Shown here: piece by piece, positions 25,056 through 38,286 of the stretch
How positions within the stretch are numbered: position 1 is the stretch's first letter
Layout: the number at the start of each line of letters is the position of its first letter
Source of the DNA: Vicugna vicugna
Taxonomy: Eukaryota
Length of the DNA: 64,000 nt
Assembly (NCBI GenBank): GCA_013265495.1
Contig: MU058584.1
Coordinates: 4,842,508 to 4,906,507 of the forward strand
Reading direction: 5' to 3'
Program-made: the position numbers and the translations under genes
The notes under the pieces: generated by a model
Databases searched by the model: none
The model's input: the letters and a program-made list of their open reading frames with translations, nothing else
Told to the model about the DNA's origin: nothing

Positions 25056-25391
25056 AAAGCACCTTTAGTAGAAATTCCTGTGGACCTCTGAAAGTATAAA
25101 GGACATAGAAAGCAAATTGTGGGTGAGAAAGAGTGGCCTGGATATTCCAGAAGTAAAATAGCATCAAAAGAAAATGAGTGCCCAGACAGTTTGTGTGAGA
25201 ACTCTGCAGTGACATCTGGATTTGTTTTTTTCTAGGAAACAGTTCATATTGGCCAAATTCCATTGGAGAGAGAAGACGCCAACCTTCCTCCCAAAATATT
25301 ATGGGAAATACACACACACATATATATAAAGTATGAGTATCTTATTGCTGTACCTCCTTCTATCAAACCCTGTTCTCAGTATCTGAATCTT

Positions 25392-26123
25392 TTTTGTTTG
25401 AGGTTTATTTATTTATTTTTAAACATCGTTTTATTGAGTTACAGTCATTTTACAATGTCGTGTCAAATTCCAGTGTAGAGCACAATTTTTCAGTTTTACA
25501 TGAACATATGTATATTCATTGTCACATTTTTTTTTGCTGTGAGCTACCACAAGATCTTGTATCTATTTCCCTGTGCTATACAGTATAATCTTGTTTATCT
25601 GTTCTACATATGCCTGTCAGTATGTACAAATTTTGACCTCCCAGTCTATCCCTTCCCACCCTCCTCCCCCTTGGCAACCACAAGTTTGTATTCTATGCCT
25701 ATGAGTCTGTTTCTATTTTGTATTTATGGTTTTTTTTAGATTCCACATATGAGCGCTCTCATATGGTATTTTTCTTTCTCTTTCTGGCTTACTTCACTTA
25801 GAATGACATTCTCCAGGAACATCCATGTTGCTGCAAATGGCATTATGTTGTCGGTTTTTATGGCTGAATAGTATTCTATTGTATAAATATACATCTTCTT
25901 TATCCAGTCATCTGTTGATGGACATTTAGGCTGTTTCCATGTCTTGGCTATAGTAAATAGTGCTGCTATGAACATTGGGGTGCAGGTGTCTTTTGAAGTA
26001 GGGTACCTTCTGGAAATATGACCAGGAGCAGGATTCCTGGGTCATACGGTAAGCCTATTCCTAGTCTTTTGAGGAATCTCCACACTGTTTTCCACAGTGG
26101 CTGCACCAAACTGCATTCCCACC
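25392..26123 (-). mobile_element. young 5'-truncated L1 (camelid-type) with 17-bp TSD
   Basis: ORF2 C-terminus [20 protein letters not shown]...ICGI (25736-25975); TSD ctcagtatctgaa(t/a)ctt at 25375-25391 and 26124-26140. Confidence 0.95.
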
Positions 26124-27394
26124 CTCAGTATCTGAAACTTACTCACACCATAGTGTAAGTATCCAATAACCATGTCCAAAGTTTTTCTCTGCTTTATGTT
26201 TCATTTTGCCAGAGATCACAGCCTTAAGCCAAAGGAATCATACCTTAAGGGGATTTCAGGGATCAGTCAGAGGATGAAAAAAGTATTTTCCAAAGTCCTT
26301 TATCAGCACTGTGGATATGATCCTGCCCAGGACAATCACTTACTCACCCTTTCATAATGCCAGCCCTGATAAGAACTCAAGATGAAAGATATGCTTAATT
26401 AAAAATAAAGTCTACCTCTAGAGATGGATATCTTGCAAAAAAAATTCTCCAGCCCTATTTCTACTTACTTGTGTTGCTAATAGTGATGATATAACCTTGA
26501 TGTGAGTCAACATGGGCTGGCTCCAATTGTCAGCTTTCCTAGATGTTTATCTGCCTGCCATATTTTCAGAACTGACTAATATCTCATGAGTATTAATGCG
26601 ATTAGGACTGAACAACGTTTGAGTTGGTTGGTGAGTGAAGTGAGGCTGGGGAGCTGGGTTTCACGTTGGCTTCCCGCCTGCAGAACTGTTGTTATCCATC
26701 ATGTAGTCTGTAAATTCCAGTTTGAAGGATGCTCACAAGGTCATTCACTTGTCTGGAGAGCAACACGCACTGTGAGTTAATACAGGTGATGATAGCAAGG
26801 GATGGAAGCCTGAATATATTTGATCTCCTTGATTTCAATGTCTGGAGTGATGACTGGATCTCTTTCCTTTCTAAATGCTGAAAAGATGTTTGATTCTATG
26901 GGAAAGTCCTTCAAAATCCACAGAAAAGAATTTTTCAGGGCTTCTTAATTATATACAAAAGGCTTCCTCAGCATAGTAATGAGGAAACAACTAGAATCTT
27001 CCTATCATATTCTGGGCACACTCAGAAGCTTAACTATTCAGGGGAGAATATGAACAAAATACCTTTGGAACTTTCTTATCTGACTAAAATTAAATTTAGC
27101 TTCAGAAGGTAGAGTCTGGCAAAGGGTAGGTTTTATGTAGAAATAATTGTCTTCTCTAGCTCTAGAGATGACTTTAATAGTTGAAGGTTGAGATTAATTT
27201 AATTAAAGGCTAAATGTTGATCTTTTATTTAAAAAAAGAAACAGGTCAATGTTGTTTGAATGGGCTAGGGAAGGTGACAGTCATGTGGTTCTTTTTAAAG
27301 GCCCTCTGATAGAGACATTCTTTGGGGATTCCATCTATATTTAGCTGTAGGCAAAAAAATATGGTTTACTGGGAGTTTGCCATTTAAAGCAGAT

Positions 27395-27588
27395 CAGTGT
27401 TTCTCAATGGGAGGCTATTTTGGCTCCCAGGGGACGCTTCGCCACGTCTGAAGCATTTCTGCGCGTCACCACGGGGGCTTGTTCCTGGCATCTAGTGGGT
27501 AGTGATGCTCTAGACATCCTACAATGCACAGGACAACCTCCCACACATCCAGCCCCAAACGTCCTTGGTGCCGAGGCTGAGAAACCTG
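27395..27588 (+). mobile_element. MER20 hAT-Charlie DNA transposon
   Basis: 'cagtgtttctcaa...cccaggggac...ctggcatctagtgggtag...catcctacaatgcacaggaca...gtgccgaggctgagaaacctg'. Confidence 0.88.
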
Positions 27589-27799
27589 GAGACAGGTGCA
27601 CCGTGGCTCATGTGCCACTTCCGTCACTTGGCAGGTAGGATTTACAGTTATTTAGCCTCTACGTGTTGCGTTTCTTGATGACTTCCTTTTTGGGAAGAAT
27701 GATCACGTCTTCCTTTATACCCTGTTGGGTCCTGCATATATGTCTGTCATAGCACCCATGACACTTGATAGTACTCTTTGTCTGACCTTGCGCAATATA

Positions 27800-27962
27800 T
27801 GTGACCTCCCCGGGCCTCAGTCTTCTCGCCTATAAAATGGGAATGCTAACACTACTAACCTCAGAGGGTAATTGTGAAGACTGAGTTAAGACATATGAAG
27901 TGCTTGTCACAGTGTCTCTCACACTAGGTGCTCAATAAATGATAGTCATAGTAATTGTTGTT
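27800..27962 (+). mobile_element. MIR SINE
   Basis: 'gcctcagtcttctcgcctataaaatgggaatg...gtgctcaataaatg'. Confidence 0.8.
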
Positions 27963-28234
27963 TATGACTTATGTAGCTGTTTTCCCCTGCTAAGTGATAA
28001 GTGAGTCTTCTGAGAGCAAGAATTGTATCCGGCATATCATAGGTCTTTGATGTTTGTTGGATGAATGTCTGAATGAATCCCTTTAAGCCTCATAGTCTTC
28101 ATCTGTAAAATGGGGTTAATATTTCACTTGTTATTGTTACATTTAATAAGATAATGTAAGAGAAAAGGTCAATAAAGGACCTGGCACATAAATATTAGAC
28201 ACCCTTTCCTTGCCTTGGTACCATGAAAAAACCT

Positions 28235-28610
28235 TTATTATAAAAAGTTTTGAATCTACAGAAAAGTAGAAATAGAATAGTAAAGTTAACATCCATACAG
28301 CAATCACCTAGGTTTAACCACTGTTAACATTTAGTCATTTTTTATCTCTTTTCAGGGTTTTATTTTGGCTGTAGAATTTGAAGTAAATTACAGACACAAT
28401 TTTACTTCATCCCTAAGTACTTAGCATGTACCTTCAAGAACACAGTCTCCTATAACTACAATGCTATTTTAATCTAACAAAATTAATAATTATTTAACAT
28501 GTATTTCTCAACATCAGGAGATACTTAGTCTATATTCATATTTCCCAGTGGTTTCCAAATGTCTTCCACCCCCGGGATATTCAAACAAGATCCATATAAA
28601 AGCTTCTCAC
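28235..28610 (-). mobile_element. old L1MC/ME-type 3' fragment
   Basis: 'tacagaaaagtagaaatagaatag...catcccta agtacttagcatgta...cctataactacaat'. Confidence 0.65.
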
Positions 28611-28797
28611 TAGGGAACCTTGTGTTTTTCTTTGCTACCCACTTCAAGGGCCAGCCTGGTTCTGTTGTTTGCCAGTCAGCAGGTTTGAAATTCCTTCAGT
28701 CAGTCAGGATAGGAATATACTTTAAGTTAACTCAATATGCAAACTTAAACAGATAAATTATACGCAACGGTTAACGACTCACTTTTTTTTTTTCCAG

Positions 28798-28850
28798 GAT
28801 GGGCTGAAGACTATTCAGTTGTCATCTTCCTCTTGGTGCATTCGCAGATG
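28798..28850 (+). other. orphan exon-like segment (53 nt), host transcript unknown
   Basis: branch-like CTCAC, T11 tract, CCAG| acceptor; ATG|GTAAGA donor. Confidence 0.3.
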
Positions 28851-29869
28851 GTAAGATGACTAGTGATAATGGGTCTTGAGTGATGCAAAGAAGATGCAAA
28901 CTAGAGTATTAGAAGATCTGCCAAATGAAATGTACATAGGAGCAAAACATAGCTCTGGGAAACACAGTGTAAGTCAATGAGAGAAGTGGAGTCAATGCAC
29001 AGGGTGCAATTTGTACACCGCCTCTCCAGGATAAGGAATCGTTCCAACAGTATTCACAAAAGCCCAAAGAACACCTACGAAATAAGCAAGGGTAAGCAAG
29101 CATGTGGCACTGATCCATAATGTCACAGCAACTGTGCGAGAGATTCTCTTGCTCTCTGCTTTTTGCTGTGCTAGATCACCAGGTTTTGCTCCTAGACCAG
29201 CAAGTGAAGTGAGTCAGTTAGGGATGGTCTTGAGTGTCTGTAAGTAAAGTGGGTTTTATCTGGAAACAGTAGTGATCTATCAGTTGTCCTCGAGCAGAGG
29301 GTGGAAGTGATGGTGAGGAAGCATTCGAGAAAGATGAATTTTGCAAGGGCAAGCAAGAGGAGCTGAGATAGAGGTAGAGTTGCATGAAGGACTAAGATGA
29401 GATGTCAGCTAAGACGTGACTGGGTTGATTCAGGATGAGGGACATGTGGAAGTAGAGATATTATAGAGAAACGGATGGAAAGTCAGTTCTACTCTTCATC
29501 ATTCTTTTCGCTTTCCATTTGATTTGTGCTAATTAGGTCTACGTCTTACTGATATCCATATTAGACTGCACACTCTTTGAGGGCAGAGCCTACTTCTCTG
29601 ACATTTTGTACAGTACTTTGCACATGGTAAGTGCCTGATACCTAAAATGTTTCCTTTTGAGACACATCGGGTGCTTGTTAAGAAAGTTCATGCTTGGTTA
29701 CATGTAAATCTTGTTTACAAAGGTTAATGTTCCCTTTGTGGTATGAACCGTGAGAAAACTTTATGGAGTATGAAAAGACTCAGATGCATGCAAAGATAAA
29801 ATAGAAAAGCTAGATACATGAAGGGAAGATTAGAGATGGGCACTCAGAGAAATAATTTGAAGGGCTGGT

Positions 29870-30232
29870 GAATTCTCATTATCTAGAGAGTAGAATGGTG
29901 GTTGCCAGAGGCTGAGGGGTGGGGCAAGTGGGGAGACTGTAGTCAGAGGGTACAAACTTCCAGTTATAAGATGAATATGTTCCTGGGAGCCAAAGTACAG
30001 CAGAATGACTGTAGTTATCAGTATTCAACTTGAAAATTGCTAAGAGAGTAGATGTTAAATTTTCTCACCATATGCACACAAAGGTATTATGAGAGGGGAT
30101 GGAGATGTTTACCCTATTGTGGTAATCATTTCAAAATATATATGTGTATCAAATCATCGCATTGTACACCTTAAACTTACACAATATTATATGTCATTTG
30201 CATCTTGTTAAGGCTGGAAAGAAGAAAAGAAA
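29870..30232 (+). mobile_element. L1MA9/10-like 3' end
   Basis: 'gagagtagaatggtggttgccagaggctg...gggtacaaacttccagttataagatgaat...gctaagagagtagat...ttgtacaccttaaac'. Confidence 0.88.
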
Positions 30233-31127
30233 TATAATTCTGGCTTGATTTGGGTAGAACATAAAGGTAGAGAGAGATCTAAAGTGGCAGCAAGCAGGTA
30301 AGCTAGAACTGAGGGAGCCCCCTGGAAGAAACTTTGGATGAGGATAGAATGGAATTAGTAGTTAACGTGCCTAAATTTGATTTACCATCTGTCATGGCTC
30401 AGTGTAAGGGTATAGATCTGGGTTTGGACTCAGTCCCACTCCTCTAGGTGCATGACCTTGGGCAGATTAGAAAGCCTTTCAGACCTCTTTTCTTTTCTGT
30501 ATGGTGCTAATAATTCTGTCTGCTTTTCTTGGATATAGATTGTAGTCTGTGAAGGCAGAGTTCCATACAGTAACAACACCATAAAGAGTATCCACTATTA
30601 TTATAGAAGTCCACTTCCTAAGGTGGGCAGTGCTCCCACCTCTGCTGATGAGAGCATCCCAGCGACAATTGTGATCAGAAATGTAATTATCTAATGTGAT
30701 ATAAATGTAGGAGACAGGGATTGGGTTTTCTGTACTGGCTCAAGCAAAGCCATTCTCCCCTGCCTTCCATCCGTCTCCTAACCCTCTTGGTCTACGTGGA
30801 AGTCTTCTGCTGCTCAGGGTCATGAGGCTGTCCATGGCTGAAGCTTCTCCCTACCTTCTGCTTGCCAAAACCTGGCAAGGCTTTGTCTCCTGTAGGCATG
30901 CTTTCCAAGGTCAGTTCTGAATCTAACCCACTGGCCAGAGGCTTTTTACAAGGAATAGGGCTCTCCATTCAGATCCCTAGCAAGAACAACTTCCCCTAAC
31001 TTCTTTGGTCCCCAGATTATCTTTTATCTAAAGCACGCTATTCCTAAAGAATTTAGAGAGCTAGACATCTTCGTTTTCCCGAGAAAGACAGTTTCCCATT
31101 ATGGCTGTCTACTCTCTAGAACCACGA

Positions 31128-31290
31128 TCCTGCTCTCAAATTTTAGCGTGTATGAGGATCATTTGGGGCATTTAAAAACCTCATTTCCTGGGCCTTATTA
31201 TTAATAGGTCTGGGATGTCCTGTGCTTTTAATAACCGTCCCAGGTGGTGACAATGCAGGTGACACACACATCACACTTGGAGAAATACGG
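31128..31290. mobile_element. MER5-type hAT MITE
   Basis: 'ctctcaaattttagcgtgtat..gatcat...taggtctggg...cccaggtg...cacacttggagaaa'. Confidence 0.65.
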
Positions 31291-31702
31291 AAGCAAGTCC
31301 ACTTGCCCAAACGTCAGTCTGTGCAACTAGCTCTCTGGGAACTGGTTTCTAGCAAACTGAACAGGAGCTAGGAGACACTTCCCTAAAGAAAATAGGGTCT
31401 TTTCAGCATGGCTTCAGGATTCTGAATCTCTATAGCCGTGTCTTGGTTCTAGGGCCATGGTCTTCATTATCAAACCCTCTGCAGTCACCTCATAGCTTAT
31501 TTGACATTTCATGAGAAGCTTTCATACACACACACATATGTGTCCATATATTTTTTTCTAATTCCTCACTTTGTTTACTTTAGCTTCTTAATTACAGAAT
31601 GATTTTGATAAAACCTGCTCTGAATAATCAAGATGGTCTGAAGGAGATAGTGTGCTGGAGAGTCGCTCCAATCATACTCAGGTTAACTTGGAAAACTTCT
31701 TT

Positions 31703-32660
31703 TGTTTATTCATTCTTTGAACAAATTTTATGAACTATGGTAGTGACTATCAGACAGTGGTGCACGGACACAGACCACTCTCCAGGAACTTACAATGTTA
31801 GTAGAGGCATATATTCCTCCAATCACCACACCAACAAATGTAAAATTGCAACAGTGACAAAAAGCCTCTGGAAGTCCAGTAGCAACGAGGGCATTTGATC
31901 TCAACACAGACACCAGCACAGCTTCCCTGAGGAAGTGATCGTTGACCTGAGATCCAGGTAGCCAGGAGAAGAAGGAAGAAAGCGCTCTCTAGGCAGTGGA
32001 ATAACACGTGGAAGATCTGAAACAGGAAGGCGTACGGAGAGCTGAGGGGGTCTGAAAGATATTTAGCAGGTAAACTGATGAGATTTGGTGACACCTTGGC
32101 CATGGGTCAGGATGTCAGGGACGATTTCTAGGTTGATGGTTGAAGAATGGTATCATTCAGGAAGTTGGGAAACATTGGAGAAAGAGTCTTTTTGTTTGCT
32201 TGTTTGTGTCTTTGTCTGGGAGACTGGGACATTGGAAAGATAGCAAGTGGGTTTTGGTCCTGGTTAATTGGAGGTGCCCTGAGTTATCTAACAGGAGCTG
32301 ATGGGCATGGGGCTGAGGAGGGATCTGGACTCACCGTAGAGGACTGTGAGTCATGTGAGAATTGATAGTAATGGAAGCGGTGGGTGTGGCTGAGATTTCC
32401 CAGAGATAGAGCAGAGGGAGAATCGTGGAAGTCTTAGGACTGAGCCCCGAGGAATCCTAATATGTAAAGGGCAGGGAGAGGAGGAGGAGCCAGCACAGGG
32501 AAGGCTGAGCGAAGCTCATTGTTCTCATGTGAAAAGTTTAAATGTTGAAAGTCAAATGGAAGAAACCGGTGATCAGAAGGAGGTTGAATGTGTGAGAGAG
32601 AAGGTTCAATAATGAAAAATGCCTAGGAAGGCAGGCAGGGATGGGATCCAGAGTCCTGTG
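31703..32660 (-). mobile_element. L2 LINE fragment
   Basis: 'tttattcattctttgaacaaa', 'ggaacttacaat', 'gcttccctgaggaagtga', 'aggactgagccccgaggaa'. Confidence 0.75.
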
Positions 32661-32861
32661 TCTCAAAGGACTTATGGTGGCATTGTCACCAAGTATTTTG
32701 CTGAATGTATGGCAGGAAACAGATATTATCAGGGATTTCAGAGAGCTTTTAGTCTCTGAAGGGCTGGTGCACTTTGGTTTTGCCTTCCAACTTGACCTTT
32801 CTTGCCTGGGGAGGAGATGTCTCAGTGAACATGCAGGATCCATGCATTTTTTTAAAAAAAA

Positions 32862-32907
32862 TTAATTTTTTTAATTGAGTACAGTCAGTTACAATGTGTC
32901 AGTTTCT
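32862..32907 (-). mobile_element. very short L1 3' end
   Basis: 'ttttttaattgagtacagtcagttacaatgtgtcagtttct'. Confidence 0.55.
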
Positions 32908-34121
32908 CCTGAGCTGTGCATTTTTGCAGAGATCCTTTCAGGACCCGTAAGAGCTTCTATGTGAGAAAGTTCATCTCTAACATCCCCATCGTCCGAACGG
33001 GTCATCCAGTGTCCACGGTGCTCGGTGCCCTGACTTGGCCTCCAAAGGAAGGCCTTCAAGAAGTCCATACTTGGCTTTTTCCTTTTCTATTTTCCTCAGC
33101 AGAATTATTCAGCCATCCGGAAGTCCTATTTTAAATTCCATGACTCAGCTCTCCCTAGTGAAACATTTTAGCATTTGGGGGCAGTTTTTGTGGAAACATT
33201 TTGCAGGATGTGAAGTGGCAGCTGCCTCTTTTCAGACACCCTGATTGCAGCTGCATCAGTGACTTGGGTTCCAAAAAGTGATCAGACCAGAGGGACTCAT
33301 ACTATAGACAGAAAACAACCAATAAATTTAATTCCTTTAAAACTCTACTCAGATCCTATAATATTATTAGAGGAAGCGTATACTTCTGGAATGGTTGTTG
33401 GAAAAGACTAAATGCTGACCCTGAAATGAGACCACATTTGGGGCAAAAGCTCAGAATTTGGAATAGAAATGGGAAGTTCTAGGAAGGGGCACTGGGGTGA
33501 GAGCTGAGCCATATAAGATTTTTTTTTTTTTTAAGAAAGTTTAATCATCAAAAGACAGTCTGTGAGCAAGAGGCATCCTGGGACTGGATTTTTAGACTGA
33601 GAGGCAGGAGGAGGGACGCCAAAGAGACAAGAAAGGCCCAGACTAACTGGCAGGTTGCAGTGAGGAGGTTTCTTGAGGACCACATGTAAGCCTGAGGCCT
33701 AGAGAACAAGCGACAATGTTTTGTTCATTTATTTCTAGCTTTTTAAATGCCCAGGAATGTTAAACAAGGGAGCTCTGATCGAAACTCAGGGACTGGAACT
33801 AGTTTCAGAAACCTCACCGATGTGTGAACCAGTACCAAAGGGAGCTGAAAGATGTGCAGTAGTGTGCCTTTTAATCTGCGTGTTCATCGTGTCCCGGGAG
33901 TCTCTCATGTGGTAGTAGGTTATTTGTGGTGGGCTGAGCAGGTAGCTGGGGAGAAGGTTCTGATTCCAAAAGCAAAGCTTTTGAAAGAGACATGCCCACT
34001 GCCCGCAATGAGAGCACTGGAAACTTACCCAAGTGCCGGCAAACCAGTAAGGAGGCTTCGTCCTGGTTTGTTTGATCTTGGTGTATTTTGTTACCACCCT
34101 AATTAATTCATATATCATCTT

Positions 34122-34696
34122 TTTAAATTTTATTTTTTATTGAAGTGTAGCTGATTTACAATGTTAGTTTCGGGTGTACAGCAAAAGTGATTCAGTTATA
34201 CATGTACATACATACATATTTTCAAATTCTTTTCTATTATAGGCTATTACAAGAAGTTGAATATAGTTCCCTGTGCTATACAGTAGGTCCTTGTTGTTTA
34301 TCTATTTTATATATAGTAGTGTGTATCTGCAAATACCAAACTCTGAATTTATCCCTCTCCCGTCCTTTCCCCTTTGATAACCATAGTTTGTTTTCTATGT
34401 CAGTGGGTTTGTTCTTGGTTTGTAAATAGAATTTGTATATATATATATTTAGATTCCACATATAAGTGATATCATAGGATATTTGTCTTTCTCTGTCTGA
34501 CTTACTTCAGATAATCTCTAGGTCCATCCATGTTGCTGCAAATGGCATTATTTCATTCTTTTTTATGGCTGAGTAATATTCCATTGTATATATACACCAC
34601 ATCTTTATCCAGTCATCTGTCGATGGACATTTAGGTTGCTTCCATGTCCTGGCTACTGTAAACAGTGCTGCTATGAACACTGGGGTGTGTGTGTCT
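34122..34696 (-). mobile_element. 5'-truncated L1 with 19-bp TSD
   Basis: L1 3' UTR plus ORF2 end; TSD ttaattcatat(a/g)tcatctt at 34103-34121 and 34697-34715. Confidence 0.95.
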
Positions 34697-34753
34697 TTAA
34701 TTCATATGTCATCTTGTATATAGCACCTAAGTCTTATTGATACCACTCATATA

Positions 34754-34758
<5 letters not shown>

Positions 34759-34807
<49 letters not shown>

Positions 34808-34811
34808 TATA
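34759..34811. repeat. (AT)n(AC)n microsatellite
   Basis: read directly. Confidence 0.95.
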
Positions 34812-36249
34812 TTTTTTTAACTTTACCATTATATATCCAAATGCCTATAATACCTCCTGACACAAAATAGATTCACTCTATCTCACTCCTTCTCTGTAAT
34901 CATCTATGTCTAATTCTTCTTAGAAATATTCCGTCAGCAAATGTTCATTTTAATGTTCCCCGTTGAGTACTCAGGCCTGCTCTATAGGCATCTCTCCCCA
35001 GGATATTAATCTTCAGGGACACTTTACCCAGAGGAACTCATTTCCAACCGTATCTCACCCAGCAAACAGAGGGTTATATTCTGCTGAGAGACCACGGTGA
35101 GCCCAGGAAACCTTGCAGCTGAAAACAACAACAACAACAACAAAAACCCTCTAGTCCAGAATTATCATTGGAAAGCAAGAGTGACAAAATACATTGCCGT
35201 CCTACATCAGGAAAATGCAAAATAGAGAGGGAAGGATGAGTATGGAAAAGGCAATGAACATAAAAAATGAATTGCAAGGAACCAAATCAGCATGCAAATG
35301 GGAGGGAGCACCCCACTGGCATCCTTCATCCTGACAGGTCCGCAGGCACAGCCTGCGCCTTCCCGAGAAGTCATTTCAGCCTCCTGGGGAGGAGGCGGCA
35401 GCCGCAGTCTGCCCAAGACAAATGCTTGTCTACAGGCAGGAGTGAGGGCGCTGCAGCAAAGTATCCCTCACTGCGGGGGTTGAGGGGCTCTGCAGAGGGG
35501 AAGGGGAAGGGAGGACAGGAGATGGCACCGGAGGACTCCTGCCTGAAACAGTCACTTCCATCCATCTTCTCCCTGGGTCTCTGGGCACCCCCAGGGGCTC
35601 GAGGGACAGGAGTGAACTGAGCTCTTTTTCTGTCCTTGATTTACAGAAGATGCTCAGGAAATGTTCATCCTCTTCCCCTGGGGCCATGTTTCAGGCCTGG
35701 TACCTGCAGAATTTGTCTGTATGATTTGGCAGCAGCTGTCCCACCTAAGGTGGCGTGAGCAACATGCCCGAGATTTTTTGCTGGGTGAATGCCACCGGAA
35801 CCAAGCGGGGCCTGCCCAGGGGAAGCCGTCATAGCTTTTGTCAGAGAAGGAACAGAGTCGTGTGAGCCATCCTCCTGTGGGAATCTCTGTCCAGACGATC
35901 CTAGCTATTTATGGAAGGTCCACTCTGAGTCTAGCACTGTGGGTAGGGACTGTGAATCAAGTCTACAGGACCATTTAGTACAGGGGCCTCTGCCCTCAAG
36001 GGTTTATAATATGGATGGGAAGAAGGTAACGCTGCCCCTTAAGAGATTATAAATGCTGAGCTCAGAAACAGACACACAACTCCAGACATGGGGGACACTG
36101 CAGAGCGCAGGAAGGGCTGTGACATCCCGGCGCTGAAATGCTATACTCTTGTCAGTGCGACAGAAGATGACAGTGTCTCTACGGGCGCAGCATCTCAGAC
36201 TGAATTCAACCGATTTTGAAAATCTAATAAGGACAAATGAAAGCCCTAA

Positions 36250-36435
36250 ATTTTTTTAAGCGTTCTTTTGTGCCAAACACTGTACCAGGCACAGTACCTC
36301 ATTAATCCTTATTATACCCTGACAAGGATGAGTATTATATTATCAGCCACAGTTTACAGGTGAAGAGGCTGATGCTCTGACAGGCAACCCAGGGTCACAT
36401 GGGTAGAGTCAGGAGTCAAACCCAGGTATTTCTGA
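36250..36435 (-). mobile_element. MIR SINE
   Basis: 'tgtgccaaacactgt...tcattaatcctt...tttacaggtgaagaggctga...ggagtcaaacccagg'. Confidence 0.7.
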
Positions 36436-36590
36436 TGATAAAAACCAATGTTCCCTTTTGCAGGAGTGCTCGGCTACCTCTCACAGAATGCTCCAAGGAG
36501 TCGTTTCCCTAATAACTTTCCAACATGCATGACCTTGGAATAGGGACCCAGAACCCTGGTAGAAAGAGCAAGTGGGAAACTATAGCATCA

Positions 36591-37011
36591 TGTGGACCTG
36601 GAGATCGTCCTTCTAAGTGAAGTAAGCCAGAAAGAGAAAGAAAATAACATGTCACTTAAATGTGGAATCTAAAAGAATGACCCAAATGAACTTATTTATA
36701 AAACAGAAACAGACTCACAGACATAGAAAATAAATTTATGGTTAGCAGGGGGGTGAAGGGGATGGGGAGGGATAAATTGGGAGTTTGGGATTTGTAGGTA
36801 CTAACCACCATATATAAAATAGATAATAAAAAAGGTCCTACTGTACAGCACAAGGGACTATATTCAATATCTTATAATAGCCTATAGTGAAAAAGAATAT
36901 GAAAAGGAATATATATACATATAACTGAATCACTATGCTGTACACCAGAAATTAACACAACATTGTAAATGAACTATGCTTTAATAAAAACAAAAGCCAA
37001 AAACCAAAAGC
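36591..37011 (+). mobile_element. 5'-truncated L1 3' end with degenerate TSD
   Basis: 'ctaagtgaagtaagccagaaagagaaag...tgtggaatctaaaa...gctgtacaccagaaattaacacaacattgtaaa' plus A tail; TSD aaactatagcatca / aaattgcagcatca. Confidence 0.92.
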
Positions 37012-38006
37012 AAATTGCAGCATCACAGTAAGCAGAGGAGAGGGTTAACAAGAGGAAGCTGGAAAGCATCTCTGCCCGTTGGCTGCACTCTGAAGTCTTG
37101 TCAGGCAGTAATTTCCAAAACTAAAACCACCGACAAACAAATACGGCCCTCGCTAGCTCAGGGCCATTCCCTCGTTTCGGAGGGGGTGGAGGCTGTCTGG
37201 AGGGTGCTGTGATCGCTCAGCCACTGAGGTTCCCAGACTGATGTGCCTCCTTCAAGGAAGGGCTGTTGCAGCCAGGGGTAAGGGGCAGGGGTAAGCTGAA
37301 AAGGGAACGGGCTCCAGATTTTAGGTCCAGGGTCCAGGTTCCAAGTCTTCCCTTTTCTGGCTAGTCACCGAAAAGGCCTGACAATGGGGTGACTATACCA
37401 CCCACTTCCCAGGGTTTTGAGGGAGTGAAATAAGGTCCCAGAGTGTGAGATAATATAAAACGCTGCGCGCGTTGCCGGGCGGTATCTGGCAGGCAGCACT
37501 GCTGTAGGTGATGGGTAACTTACTTTTTAACGTGTCATTTTTACAGTTCCCACTGAAAATAGCCCCCAAGCGACACTGTTGGCAGAGTATGAGAGAGCTC
37601 CTGCTGCCTGCTGCCTGCAGAAGCCATAAACTATATTCAGAAAGCCGCTGGCTGCAAGGGGAGCTTCCCACTGACTGGAGTAGCTGAGAGAACGGCCTCA
37701 CTGGGTCCCGCAGGTGGAGGGAGGCCCGTGGTCAGAGGGGAGCGGGTGCTCACACAGGGTGGGTGACTGCTGGCTCTGCTCATAGCTCCCAGCGTGGCGC
37801 CTTTGATGGCGTGTCCTCCGTCACGTGGTTGGCATCAGCAGGGCTGTGCAGAAGCCCAAAGTTGGAGCCCACTAGGGTAGCAGAGAAGAGCAGTAAGAAA
37901 AGAAAGAAAAACCCCCAGCAAAATGCTATCCTATCACAGAATAGCAGACTCTTTCCCTGGACCCTTGGTTCCCCCTTCTCCAATCCTAAGCAAAACAATA
38001 AGATGG

Positions 38007-38094
38007 TATAACTGTCACTATGCTGTACACCAGAAACGAATACAACATTGTAAATCAACCATACTTCAATTAAAAAAATGGGATTAAAAAAAAA
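38007..38094 (+). mobile_element. very short L1 3' end
   Basis: 'cactatgctgtacaccagaaacgaatacaacattgtaaatcaaccatacttcaattaaaaaaa'. Confidence 0.85.
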
Positions 38095-38286
38095 GCAATG
38101 GAATGATGCTATAGCTGGAACAGACCCCTGGTGTGGTAATCTGGAAATGGGGGCTGCTTTCCAATCCAGCCCTGGGCAGATGGAGAGTGGGGAGGGATCT
38201 GGTAGACCATGCTTTTGGGTTGATACTGTCCTTCCTTCAGGGAGGAGTTCCCACCTTGGAGCTGGGTTGCCCTGCCTCGGTTAGTC

